Shown here: positions 9,001 to 18,155 of the stretch, piece by piece
Layout: every line of letters starts with the position of its first letter
Position numbering within the stretch: the stretch's first letter is position 1
IMG/VR virus record: IMGVR_UViG_3300005805_000055
Span: 1-64,000 of that record
Reading direction: 5' to 3' (one strand)
DNA: 64,000 nucleotides
Source of the DNA: a virus
Made by a program: the position numbers and the translations under genes
Notes under the pieces: model-generated
What the model saw: the letters and a program-made list of their open reading frames with translations, nothing else
What the model was told of the DNA's origin: nothing
Database searches by the model: none

Positions 9001-12000
9001 CTTTCTGGAAATATTAAAAAAATTCGAGAGATGATGCGAAACACGGAGCCAAACGATTTATACGAAGAAATGTTTTTTAATATATTCGGAAGATTCGGTA
9101 GGGAGGGCTTTACGAAACTAGCAGATTTATTTATGCCAGATTTTCGCCCTCAAAACGATGTAACTATATATTCTTTGGATGAAGCTATTAGGCGTTTTCC
9201 ATATTCATCACTTACCGCTGATGAAATTATTGAATTACTTGACCCACGTGATTCTGAAGGGAAGCCAATAAACGGAAGTAAGTCCACTACACGAAATGCT
9301 ACTTCATTCCTGAATTCCTCAACTGATGACATTCAGGCTATTGTGGATGAAACCACGCCCCACCACATAGCCGGGTCAAAATCAAGAACCGATAGGTACC
9401 CAATTGGTGAACCTGGGCCAGGTGGACGGGAACGAAGCTTGGAGGATATTGCAACAGATCTTCGACTTACGGATACCGAGCTGGCAATTGCTGAAGAAGC
9501 CATCATGCTGGCCATAGAGGAAGTGCAGGATATTTTAGCAAATCCAGATAATCAAAACTTTGATCCCATAATAGGAAAAGAACAAGCTTTGGATCTACTC
9601 AGGGCACTTACTTTATCTGTTTCATCAAATGGCATACCAATGATAATTGGCAAACCACATCCCCTGATTTCTCAATTTATACCATCAGAACGTGAATGGG
9701 ACTTGATTGAGTTGCCAACGCCAGACGGACTGCAAAAAATATTTGACCTACTATCGGTTGGCGTCGATAAGTTAGAATCAACGCCACAAGGTGAACGTTC
9801 ACAAATATCAGATAATATTCTCGATATTTTTCAATTGGTGGAAAAACTAGATTCACGTGCGAATATGAGTCGCCGCATGGCGTCCTTGCTTAGGAGATAC
9901 AACGATGTAATTCTTGGCCAAATAGCACGTAGCGTGTTTGAGTCAATTTATGGAACTTCACCAAATGATGCGATATCTAGGTTGGAGTTGCGTGATATTG
10001 AATATGACTCCGGCAACTGGATTGAATCATATATTGCCGGACTAAGAAATATGGTTATTTATTTAATGGGAAATAATCAAGATATTACAGACATAGATGC
10101 AGATGACAGAGATACAGATTGGCATGATTTCTTTGGTCATTATGGTATCGGAAGAGCATTTGATCGACATGGTGAGTGGGCAAACTATCTCGCAATAGAT
10201 TCCATTATTGCTACAGATGAAAGATTTGGCGAAGACAAACAGCTACGAAATCTTTTGCGTCTCAGTGCTTTTTTTGAATATGGATGGCCGTTGATATTGG
10301 TTGACAGTTTGGATAGACAAACCGACCGTCTAGATAGGGATTCTACGAAAGCATTTGCCTTTAGTAAAGTCATGCAGGATCTTGTAAGTCTATTCAATAT
10401 GTACCCCGTTCGATTCCGCGATATTGACGCAGATGAACTAATTGACTTAATAGATCAAGATCACAGAGACAGAATTAACTCTGGAAGCAAGTCGTCAACG
10501 CAGACAAATAGACAAAATCTTGAAGACATCGACGAGCTGGATAGGATAACCAAGGCTCAATTGGTTGATGAGTTTGTGCGTCATGAAAATAGAAAAAATG
10601 GCATAGCGGATAGAAGAGATGAACTCGTTTCTGGATCGCGAAGCAGAACATCGGGCGAGTATCGCATGTTGACCGACGTCTATAAAGAGCTTAATGATAT
10701 GCCATCGCTGAAGAGGGAATTGCAAAAAACAAAGTGGAAAGGAAAAAAACTTACATTAGAAGAGATAGATAGCGAACTTGCTAATGATTTTCCTGATTTC
10801 AGTGGTGCAATTATAGATATTCCAAATATGGCAATATTTGATTTCAGTAGTCGACGACGTATGGCTAATCGGAGAATGAATTTTGAACGAGCCTTTATCG
10901 GCCCTGACGTTAGGTTTGCAAATATCGATCTCCGTGGATCAAATTTTGAAAACTCATTCCTATCATCACCGCGTTTCAGTGATGTGGATGCGTCGGAAAC
11001 ATCATTCGCTAATGCAATAGGCGCCATAAAAGCCGGAAACTCAAACTTTAGTGCTGCAGATTTTACTGGTTTCCAGAATACAAGACATGATGAAGGCGAT
11101 TCATCGTCAATTTTTATTGACTCTGATCTTTCTGAAGTTCGTTTTACTAATAGCAATATACACATGAGTGTGATTCGCCCACGATCTATGCAAAATGCGT
11201 ATTTTGTGGGGGCAAGCTTGAGGTATTTGAACATTGATGGTAGTAACTCAGAAAAAGAGCTGACATCAATGCTTTCTGGCAATATTGATGAACCGTCATT
11301 CATTAACTTTGATGAATCTAATATTGGAATTCTTAATATCAAGGGCATTAACCTTAGTGGATCATCGTTCAGGAGAGCTCGAACATTCCATAACATCAGC
11401 GAAATCACAGACTTTGGTGATGGCAACATGGTTGACAGAATGATGGAAGCACTACGGGATCCGAGTTCCATGTCAATATCCGTAGATCAAATGATTGATG
11501 TTGATTTTTCCGGCGCAAAATTAACATTTCCAAGATTTGGCATAGCATCCATAGACGCAAGGACGGCTGCTTTTGTCAATTTCGAAAATGCAGTTTTGGC
11601 CCGCATGAATATCGGTATTAGGTCCACAGCAATCAGTGAAGATGCCTTCTATAAAGCCTACGGCGATTTTGTTCGTGGCAACGATAAGGAGGTATTTTTC
11701 AGAGCAATGGGTCCAGATAGTGCTGGAATCAATATTTCTGGTGCGCGTCTATATAACGTTGGATTCGGAGACCAGACACAATCTGGTGAACGCAGCAGAA
11801 TAAACTCATTGGCAATCGATGAACGTACGCGTGTAACCATGGGCACTGAATCGATTAGGGCGATTATTGATCTTGACTTTCCAGATGATGAGGTCGATCC
11901 TCCTTTTGTTTTTGCTGAATTTGCTGAAGAAGATTTTGATAGTCCAAATGGTCGGCTTATTGCAGATAAGTTAAAGGATTCCGGAGCAAGATTTATTTCT

Positions 12001-15000
12001 GGATCCAAATCAACAACATCTGGGAGTGGAAAAGAACTAGGAGTATGGTCTCCACCAGAGGACCCAGATTTCTTCAATAAAATTGTTAGTGATTTGTATG
12101 ATCGATTTTCGAATCGGGAAATAGAAGCTCGACAATATCCGAGAGTACGAAAATTCACACTTGATGAAATTTTAAGTGATCCACTTGCACTTACACAATC
12201 AATAGATGCATATTTAAATCGCCCAATGATGTATGCGCCAGAAAAGGGAATGGATTCCCTTTTTGAGCGTGAGAGTTTAGCGCTTGCTTTCCAGTCTTTC
12301 ATAAAGAAGTTGTTTGAACCTTTAGTAGAAAATGAAGAATTTCAGCCAATGGTCGATACATTGGCAAACTATTTAATTGGAAAGCATGGAAAAGCAGAGG
12401 CTTTCAAGCTCATCAAAAAGGCTGCAGCCAGAGGTGATTTTGCCAAATTGTTAGCGGAGCAGTTTATGACCGATATAGCTATGGGAATGATTTCGATGAG
12501 AGCTGGCGGTCAAATACCATTAAGTGACCGTGAAAATTTGCGTTCACAAATAGATAAATATATAAGCAAAGTTGGCATACTTAGTAGTGAGGATAAGTGG
12601 TTCACACCTAGTGGGTCGAAACAAGTACGCAGGGAGGCATTTAGATTCCAGGAAGTAGCTAAAAGTATTGTTGCTGCAACGGAATTTGAAAAAAAACCTG
12701 CTCGTCGACCACGTATAGATGAAAAACTTAAAGTTGAAATTGACGACCTATTGCCGGATATAAAACGCCTTGACGCGGATATGACCAAAGAAATTCGTCG
12801 GGAAAGAAAGATTGTTGAGTTGGAAAAAGACTTTTCTGATGGCGAGGTTGCACTTGACGCAGTTATAGAAGCTGGGTCGAGGATATTGGAACGTGTCATA
12901 TTGGAAACAGAACGACGTACTTCAGAATTGGCTAGCAAGGAATTTGCTCTACTAAAAGACATTAGTGATGGAAAAGAAAAACTCTTTAATGAGATGTGGA
13001 AGAAAAACATTGAATTGAGGGAAATAGAAAAGGAGGCCCTCGCATCAACATTAATGGATATTAAGGGAAAGTTGTTAAAAAATAATGATCCCGGTAGAAA
13101 GAATTTAGATGATGCTGCGTTAAGAGTTGTTGACGACATTATAAAATTGATTCAGTCTGCTGAACCCCGCGACCCTGATAGTGGCAACAAGAGTTTCGTT
13201 ACTTCAAAAATCAATTCGATTGATCTTCCTTTTAATTATGCTACTACCGACAACATAATCAAAGAATCAAGAAAGGGGGCAGATATTGGAGAGCTCATGT
13301 ATAAACTTCTCCAAACGCTTGTTCCTGGCTTACCTGGACACGAACGTGGATCAATGCAGAAAGAGCGTTTCTTTTTAAACGAAGAGGTTAAAAGGTGGAG
13401 TGAACGTTCTGGCACATCCGGTGGATACATCAGAAATGCAGCTTATGACGCCGCTTTGAAAAAAGCCGTATCCGATATAGTAAATGTTCCTGAGCTTATG
13501 TACCTAACGTATTTAGTTGGATTATCAGCCGACGATAGAGAAGAGTTTCGTATCCTACTGAGTAAGCCAGAACATGATCAGTTAGATGGGTTAATTGAAC
13601 AATGGCATAAGTCTCTGAGAAAGCCTGCTTCTTTTCAGCAGTCAGAAACAATGGCATTTTTTGGTAAACCGCAACCATTTGTTTTTTTACACTCTAGAAA
13701 TTCTGAGTATTATGTCATTGATCTTCCAGATATAAAAGGAGGTATGTATTACTTTGAAACTCCTGGATTTGAGGATGAAGTGAAACAGGCGAAGTCGAAT
13801 TTCTATACTAGTTATAGCTCACAATCCGAAAATGATGAAATGCTCGAAGAAATTAATACATCATTCGGCTTGGGAATTGATATGGAGATTTTGAGGAAAC
13901 TTCACAAAGTGAGAAAATGGGATGTAGTGAAGGATGCGATTATCAAAAAACACGCTCAATTTCTTCCTAACAATAGAAACATTCCAGAACAAGTAATAGA
14001 TCGGTTCAATAGTATCAATGAAGAAATACGCAAAATTAATGAAGAAATAGAAGTATTGAATAAGGGTGATCTAAATGAACGGGAACTTATTCCATCTGCT
14101 GTTTCCTACTTTGGAAAAATTATTGATCAAGGTGAAATCGATGCCTCTAAAAAAGATTTAGATAGTGTTCTTTCTATCCTTAAACAAGTTCTTCCACCGA
14201 AAGTGTTTGAGATAGCGCAACAATCAATTGTCGGACATTATAAAAAAGATGATACACCGTATAGATCTCCACGTCAAACTCCACGTGGAATTCGCAAAGG
14301 ACAATCGTATAGTTCTGGTACATTGAAAATTTTTACGGATAATAAATATATTTCGTTTATATTGGGCGAATACACTCCCAGCGGTCGCTATTCAGGCACC
14401 GATAGCCCCCGAGATCTTACTGACTTATGGCCCGATATTGGACCGAGTGGCGTGAATGAGAGTTTGGAAGATTTGAGGGATGCTGTCGTGAAAGCCCTAG
14501 ACGAGTCAGAACTGTCACTTTATGTGGAGCCAATGATGGCCAAAATGTTGACGCGAAGAGAAATAGAGATATTGCGAGCTCAGCAGTTGGTGGAAATTGC
14601 GAAACAGCAGGAAAAACAAAATCAATACGAAGCATTAATAGACGTTCTTGGCAGTACACGTAAAGGTTTTGGATACTCCCCCAATAGCTTCCAGAGGTAT
14701 ATTTCGAATATCCATGGTCGGGAGGGGCATAAGCATGGTGATGTCAGGTTCTGGCTTGAATCATTCCGTACGATTGTGCCAGAAGAATGGATTGATGCTT
14801 TACTAAAAAGAAAACAAAGAATGAAGTGGCTGACAAGAGGTTACTTCTCGGATGGTGGACGTGAAATTGCCCTCGACAGAAGGGGAAATACAGTTTTGGT
14901 ACATGAAATTGGACACGCTATTGAGCGCGCATTCCCAGAACTGGTTGGATTTGAGGCTCTTCTATTTAGATACATTGCAAAAAAACAAGGTTTATCCGAC

Positions 15001-15234
15001 AATACGGTGAAAACAATTAAAATACCGGGGGATAGAGAACGAGCTTGGCCCCTGGGGCTCATACCTGGCATCGATGAGTTAAGAAGTGATTACGCGGCAA
15101 AAGTTTATGGTGATCATCATGCCTGGGAATTGTTCACTATGATTTTCCAGGGTTTATTAGCAGATAAGAATCTTTTATCTGACTATGATGAGGACTATGT
15201 GAAATGGTTCCTGGGAGTGATGGCGACGCTATGA
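6001..15234 (+). CDS. Giant polyvalent protein A (3077 aa): DxDxDG motif, three HD-x3-H/DRHG modules, pentapeptide-like repeats, C-terminal HEIGH zincin; 8 GS[KR]S[STR]T sites
   Basis: GGAGG RBS before the GTG start; internal repeats and motifs are visible in the translation. Confidence 0.85.
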   Translation: MADSLFDKILNGDISFTVAKDSDAQEQGTELPGVAKKAVGNPLGGRRALGDVIGGGLRKPPTGMVYVDITGAIDGDEDGIVFEGTPFKRPIIPRAVIPKNVAQAQSEDSLQRALNNESKRRGTDKPRGEMTDRDVADLYRRRSQPEAAGSRSRTDRYSIAERPLEDILTDLEMSEDEKNIARRQLRRGLEDVKTFIRLLEEADLPDTFHPGITRKQAIDLLKSIQIGVSSNGVPVISFDPHPLFSGYADRERNWLSIEAPSVDKIREFIDFLRPYISVRPYISDRKQPYKKPGGAPTAQDVFLSRTLDGLAGGLIDEDKMPAIDGDELYELNNKFATDLQNDKNFPSELSDALLDILRKSQKTPTSVPDLILSSIINPNKLILHDGVDHMSTGRGFDRHGEWAALIAGMKTNVDYVNDTYDEKLSDNDVRLLNIDYFRLRGGLSILQMQIDPEKLKLFSEYRDLDKQSSEMSYEDAIRRMQSGDDELDKKMREIQGKIKDLDNLLDDINLFLDDTNAGYVVSALEDRGVESPMDILDPRDESGNFINGSKSTTARYININNTKTELFNAAAEEQSRSTMHGSKSRTDRYSIVERPLDDILTDLEMSQGEREVARDVLERSQDKLRKLRELLADEDVPAFMHPGMTREEALAFIDSIKLSVSSNGVPVITFDRLPYIKSILGDIDPIGDDRNWETVEALNIPQLRNLIQVIMSSPELDPEIVDSLDPDILDSLPEGEAFAARDELTIEALIKTRQSAADELGISHDAVRGISFYGIALSQGAYIQEKLGIRRVDLIGSGGADVITELMSHLLDIGSAFDSYHDTMEHFGQGRGFDRHGEWVAFLAGMLHADAWIKREAERIGEESSAELDAVRKTLIQKYLFDQGLQQLLRQIETNKLQEIINFARENYDNANREQRLTEAVTNLLKAYVDVVNRIRKERNIQSGQLNFEELSKGMIKFDDGQYGNIVKRIVDSIDNWRFSNLDNLPAGAIVEFLNFQATNLSGNIKKIREMMRNTEPNDLYEEMFFNIFGRFGREGFTKLADLFMPDFRPQNDVTIYSLDEAIRRFPYSSLTADEIIELLDPRDSEGKPINGSKSTTRNATSFLNSSTDDIQAIVDETTPHHIAGSKSRTDRYPIGEPGPGGRERSLEDIATDLRLTDTELAIAEEAIMLAIEEVQDILANPDNQNFDPIIGKEQALDLLRALTLSVSSNGIPMIIGKPHPLISQFIPSEREWDLIELPTPDGLQKIFDLLSVGVDKLESTPQGERSQISDNILDIFQLVEKLDSRANMSRRMASLLRRYNDVILGQIARSVFESIYGTSPNDAISRLELRDIEYDSGNWIESYIAGLRNMVIYLMGNNQDITDIDADDRDTDWHDFFGHYGIGRAFDRHGEWANYLAIDSIIATDERFGEDKQLRNLLRLSAFFEYGWPLILVDSLDRQTDRLDRDSTKAFAFSKVMQDLVSLFNMYPVRFRDIDADELIDLIDQDHRDRINSGSKSSTQTNRQNLEDIDELDRITKAQLVDEFVRHENRKNGIADRRDELVSGSRSRTSGEYRMLTDVYKELNDMPSLKRELQKTKWKGKKLTLEEIDSELANDFPDFSGAIIDIPNMAIFDFSSRRRMANRRMNFERAFIGPDVRFANIDLRGSNFENSFLSSPRFSDVDASETSFANAIGAIKAGNSNFSAADFTGFQNTRHDEGDSSSIFIDSDLSEVRFTNSNIHMSVIRPRSMQNAYFVGASLRYLNIDGSNSEKELTSMLSGNIDEPSFINFDESNIGILNIKGINLSGSSFRRARTFHNISEITDFGDGNMVDRMMEALRDPSSMSISVDQMIDVDFSGAKLTFPRFGIASIDARTAAFVNFENAVLARMNIGIRSTAISEDAFYKAYGDFVRGNDKEVFFRAMGPDSAGINISGARLYNVGFGDQTQSGERSRINSLAIDERTRVTMGTESIRAIIDLDFPDDEVDPPFVFAEFAEEDFDSPNGRLIADKLKDSGARFISGSKSTTSGSGKELGVWSPPEDPDFFNKIVSDLYDRFSNREIEARQYPRVRKFTLDEILSDPLALTQSIDAYLNRPMMYAPEKGMDSLFERESLALAFQSFIKKLFEPLVENEEFQPMVDTLANYLIGKHGKAEAFKLIKKAAARGDFAKLLAEQFMTDIAMGMISMRAGGQIPLSDRENLRSQIDKYISKVGILSSEDKWFTPSGSKQVRREAFRFQEVAKSIVAATEFEKKPARRPRIDEKLKVEIDDLLPDIKRLDADMTKEIRRERKIVELEKDFSDGEVALDAVIEAGSRILERVILETERRTSELASKEFALLKDISDGKEKLFNEMWKKNIELREIEKEALASTLMDIKGKLLKNNDPGRKNLDDAALRVVDDIIKLIQSAEPRDPDSGNKSFVTSKINSIDLPFNYATTDNIIKESRKGADIGELMYKLLQTLVPGLPGHERGSMQKERFFLNEEVKRWSERSGTSGGYIRNAAYDAALKKAVSDIVNVPELMYLTYLVGLSADDREEFRILLSKPEHDQLDGLIEQWHKSLRKPASFQQSETMAFFGKPQPFVFLHSRNSEYYVIDLPDIKGGMYYFETPGFEDEVKQAKSNFYTSYSSQSENDEMLEEINTSFGLGIDMEILRKLHKVRKWDVVKDAIIKKHAQFLPNNRNIPEQVIDRFNSINEEIRKINEEIEVLNKGDLNERELIPSAVSYFGKIIDQGEIDASKKDLDSVLSILKQVLPPKVFEIAQQSIVGHYKKDDTPYRSPRQTPRGIRKGQSYSSGTLKIFTDNKYISFILGEYTPSGRYSGTDSPRDLTDLWPDIGPSGVNESLEDLRDAVVKALDESELSLYVEPMMAKMLTRREIEILRAQQLVEIAKQQEKQNQYEALIDVLGSTRKGFGYSPNSFQRYISNIHGREGHKHGDVRFWLESFRTIVPEEWIDALLKRKQRMKWLTRGYFSDGGREIALDRRGNTVLVHEIGHAIERAFPELVGFEALLFRYIAKKQGLSDNTVKTIKIPGDRERAWPLGLIPGIDELRSDYAAKVYGDHHAWELFTMIFQGLLADKNLLSDYDEDYVKWFLGVMATL

Positions 15235-15548
15235 GTATGTGGATTATTGATGATGATGGGATATTGGTGGATAGCAGCGATGATGGGCTAACTTCCTGGA
15301 GGACACCACTGGTTGACTCATGGTTGGCCGAAACTGACGGATATATTAGAATCACTCCCACATTTGGCATACAGTATGATCCACAAAACCCATCTCTGGT
15401 TTTGTTGGCGCACCTCCTGTACGCAAACCAGTTCACCGATGCGAGAAAAATAAAAATTGTTGAGTCGGACGTAGATCCATATGAGGCAATTGATGCGGCA
15501 ACGGGGGATAACGATAATAATGAAATAGGGCTTGAATTCAATAGGTGA
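15231..15548 (+). CDS. Small acidic protein coupled to polyprotein A (possible immunity/partner)
   Basis: ATGA overlap at 15231-15234; D/E-rich, 105 aa. Confidence 0.6.
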   Translation: MSMWIIDDDGILVDSSDDGLTSWRTPLVDSWLAETDGYIRITPTFGIQYDPQNPSLVLLAHLLYANQFTDARKIKIVESDVDPYEAIDAATGDNDNNEIGLEFNR

Positions 15549-16330
15549 TAGCCGTGGCCCCAATATCCCTTCATACTTCACCACGAGAAATTTACAACAT
15601 CGGTGATAAGGTTAAGACTCCAGCGAACCTGCATGAATTCGATAGCAATTTGACACAATCTATCGATTCCTATTTACTGGAATTTGCTTCCAGCTACGGG
15701 TATCCAGTTGGCTACGTGCAGGAACAGCACGGATCATTGGTTCAGAATCTATTCCCAATTAAGGGAAATGAAACAGAGCAAATTTCATCATCATCCAAGG
15801 TACAGCTTGAATTACATACGGAAACTGCTTTTCATCCATGGAAGCCGGATGTACTTATCTTATTCTGCTTGAAGGGTGACCGAAGGGCCGAAACAACCCT
15901 ATCAATACTGTCTGATATTCTTCCTAAATTGAGCAATGATACTATCAATATATTGAAGCAAGAAAGATTCCTAACGTCAATAGACGCAAGTTTTCGTAAT
16001 GCTAAGCAGCCAAATCGTCAAATACAGATGTCCATACTTAGTGATGACTGCTTATCAATGACATTTGACCAATACCTTATGAAGGGAATCGATGTTGAGT
16101 CACGCGAAGCACTTGAGCAATTTAGACAAGCTGTGATTAGTAGGATGATGGGCCTTGCGCTTACTCAGGGTGATATTTTGGTGATCGATAATCACAAAGT
16201 CATACACGGTCGAACTGCATTTACTCCAAGGCATGACGGAACTGATAGATGGCTCAAGCGAGTCATGGTGAGAAGGGAATTGCCGCCACTAGATCAAATG
16301 TCTGGATCCGTGATTACGACTATTCTTTGA
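15545..16330 (+). CDS. Clavaminate-synthase-like (TauD/TfdA family) 2OG-Fe(II) oxygenase
   Basis: LELHTETAFHP..PD...LFCL, IDN..VIHGRTAF.PRHDGTDRWLKR: H-x-E...H triad typical of AsnO/VioC/CAS. Confidence 0.85.
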   Translation: MIAVAPISLHTSPREIYNIGDKVKTPANLHEFDSNLTQSIDSYLLEFASSYGYPVGYVQEQHGSLVQNLFPIKGNETEQISSSSKVQLELHTETAFHPWKPDVLILFCLKGDRRAETTLSILSDILPKLSNDTINILKQERFLTSIDASFRNAKQPNRQIQMSILSDDCLSMTFDQYLMKGIDVESREALEQFRQAVISRMMGLALTQGDILVIDNHKVIHGRTAFTPRHDGTDRWLKRVMVRRELPPLDQMSGSVITTIL

Positions 16331-16958
16331 TTAAGAATCCATTCGGATTAGAAATATTGTTTTCCCCAAATAAGTCACATAGTCGTGCCATGACGCTGAA
16401 CTTTTCTTCAGCTAAGTGCATTACTTCATCGTGACATTGCTCAATAGATGTGGACATAGTGGCAATCACATCACCTTGACGCATTGATGAATTAAATACC
16501 TCAAACTCAACAGCTAGTTCGCTCCATGTATTGTGAATGATCAGCATGGGGCCATTGTTTTCGTTGGCTTGATTTAAATGTTCGAGTATCTCATCATGAG
16601 ATAGGTGGTAACCCATAGCCACAAATGTTGCCATATCTACTGACATTCTTGATGATGGATCAACAACTACGTCATAAGCAAATATATTAGCCTTATATCC
16701 AAACAACTTTATTGTGTCGCTGATATATGCGGTCAATCCACCCTCAAGCGCGCCAATTTCAATTACTGTAGTCGGGCGTATTGAATCGACCACTAGGCGA
16801 ACTGCATTCAAGTAGTTGGGCTCAAATGGAAGCGTTCGTCCCATATAACGATTTCTGACGGCCCCACTTTTGACCATGAGTGCGTGTTCGTTCTCAACGT
16901 ACGGTCCAGAAAACGTACGTTCTGAAGGCTTTTTTAGGTATTCCGCTTCAGTGAACAT
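16320..16958 (-). CDS. CmcI (cephalosporin hydroxylase)-like methyltransferase-fold protein
   Basis: YMG...IRPTTVIEIGALEGG...DLFGEN...NPNGFL. Confidence 0.6.
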   Translation of the reverse strand: MFTEAEYLKKPSERTFSGPYVENEHALMVKSGAVRNRYMGRTLPFEPNYLNAVRLVVDSIRPTTVIEIGALEGGLTAYISDTIKLFGYKANIFAYDVVVDPSSRMSVDMATFVAMGYHLSHDEILEHLNQANENNGPMLIIHNTWSELAVEFEVFNSSMRQGDVIATMSTSIEQCHDEVMHLAEEKFSVMARLCDLFGENNISNPNGFLIKE

Positions 16959-17014
16959 TCATCAATTATAGTGCCTAAAATGGAGGTTCGCGTGTTGTAG
17001 AAGTGTAAATACAT

Positions 17015-17088
17015 GCCCCAGTAACTCAATCGGATAGAGTACCGGCCTTCTAAGCCGTTAGTTGTAGGTTCGAGTCCTGCCTGGGGCG
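17015..17088 (+). tRNA. tRNA-Arg (anticodon TCT, reads AGA)
   Basis: Acceptor GCCCCAG/CTGGGGC, anticodon loop CTTCTAA, T-loop GTTCGAG; CCA not encoded. Confidence 0.92.
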
Positions 17089-17093
17089 CAAAT

Positions 17094-17165
17094 GCCCTCG
17101 TAGCTCAGTGGATAGAGCAACGGTTTCCTAAACCGTGTGCGCAGGTTCGATCCCTGCCGGGGGTA
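17094..17165 (+). tRNA. tRNA-Arg (anticodon CCT, reads AGG)
   Basis: Acceptor GCCCTCG/CGGGGGT, anticodon arm ACGGT-TTCCTAA-ACCGT, T arm GCAGG-TTCGATC-CCTGC; CCA not encoded. Confidence 0.93.
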
Positions 17166-17167
17166 CT

Positions 17168-17722
17168 TCAGTCAAAGAAAAACACCTGGAATAGTCGTCC
17201 ATTGTTCATGTCTGTCCCGAAGTATTCAGAGGCACCGTGAATGTTACGTGCGTCAAAAATGATTAGCCGATTGAAGACGTTGCCAATTGTATCCACTAAA
17301 TCAAACTTTGATTTGTCATAAAATCCGATATCGCCAAAAACATCTTGGCCATTGAAATCATTAGCATTTCTCAGGCCGGTTGCTCGATGTGCAAATAGTG
17401 ATGTTCCTGATGAGTATGGGGCATCTGGTGTTAGATACAGTACGCCTGCCCAAGTCTGAAAATCACAGTGATAAACAAGCTTATCTTCTGCGGTGCAATA
17501 CTGAAATTTTGAGCACGCGCCATAAGTTTCCGTCCATCGTGTTATGGGGAATCCCATAATTCTCTCAAATTTTTCACGCAGTCCAGGGAAATCATATTGC
17601 TTAACAGTGCGCTTACCTTTGTGGTAATTGCTATCTTCGTAGAATTCTTCGCCCAGGATCAGGTTGCGAACAGAAGTCGGGTCATCGTAGAAATCATCGA
17701 CAACGATAATTCGTTTTTTCAT
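17168..17722 (-). CDS. 2OG-Fe(II) oxygenase (DUF6445-like)
   Basis: IIVVDDFYDDP..VR, H-C-D, WAGVLYLTP, GTS, FNRLIIFD...HG. Confidence 0.75.
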   Translation of the reverse strand: MKKRIIVVDDFYDDPTSVRNLILGEEFYEDSNYHKGKRTVKQYDFPGLREKFERIMGFPITRWTETYGACSKFQYCTAEDKLVYHCDFQTWAGVLYLTPDAPYSSGTSLFAHRATGLRNANDFNGQDVFGDIGFYDKSKFDLVDTIGNVFNRLIIFDARNIHGASEYFGTDMNNGRLFQVFFFD

Positions 17723-17740
17723 ATGTCGAACTATAGCGTC

Positions 17741-18145
17741 TTATTTGGTTTTGAATTCATCCCAAGTTTTATCGCCTATGCCAAAATATTCCCTTGCATA
17801 ACCGGCTGAAATAATATCCTTATTCAGACAAGCTGTAGATGAATTATTAATATCACCCGATGAATAAAGTTCCGCAAGCACCCTGCCATACTTCTCATTC
17901 TTGTCCACAATAGTCTTAATAAATACCGTCTTATGGTTGGTAAGCCAGTCTTTGGTGAATTCCTTGGCTTTTAGTCCCATTTCTTTTTCGGCGGCATCCT
18001 TTGTGCGGGATTCTGGAGTATTCACCCCATAGAGGCGTACTCGAATCTTGTGGTGAATGCTAAAACCAAGGTCGATCATTAGATCAACAGTATCACCGTC
18101 TATGACATTAAGCACTGTACCCGTATACCAATATGGATTAATCAT
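17741..18145 (-). CDS. Thermonuclease (SNase-like)
   Basis: VIDGDTV...RVRLYGVNTPE...KYGRVLA. Confidence 0.9.
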   Translation of the reverse strand: MINPYWYTGTVLNVIDGDTVDLMIDLGFSIHHKIRVRLYGVNTPESRTKDAAEKEMGLKAKEFTKDWLTNHKTVFIKTIVDKNEKYGRVLAELYSSGDINNSSTACLNKDIISAGYAREYFGIGDKTWDEFKTK

Positions 18146-18155
18146 ATGCTACCAA

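Noticed and set aside
12607-12630. Near-matches such as PSGSKQVR (A), MSGSKGG (DUF5872-like) and SSGSKKGT (E)
   Set aside because: They lack S-x-T after Lys and were not counted.
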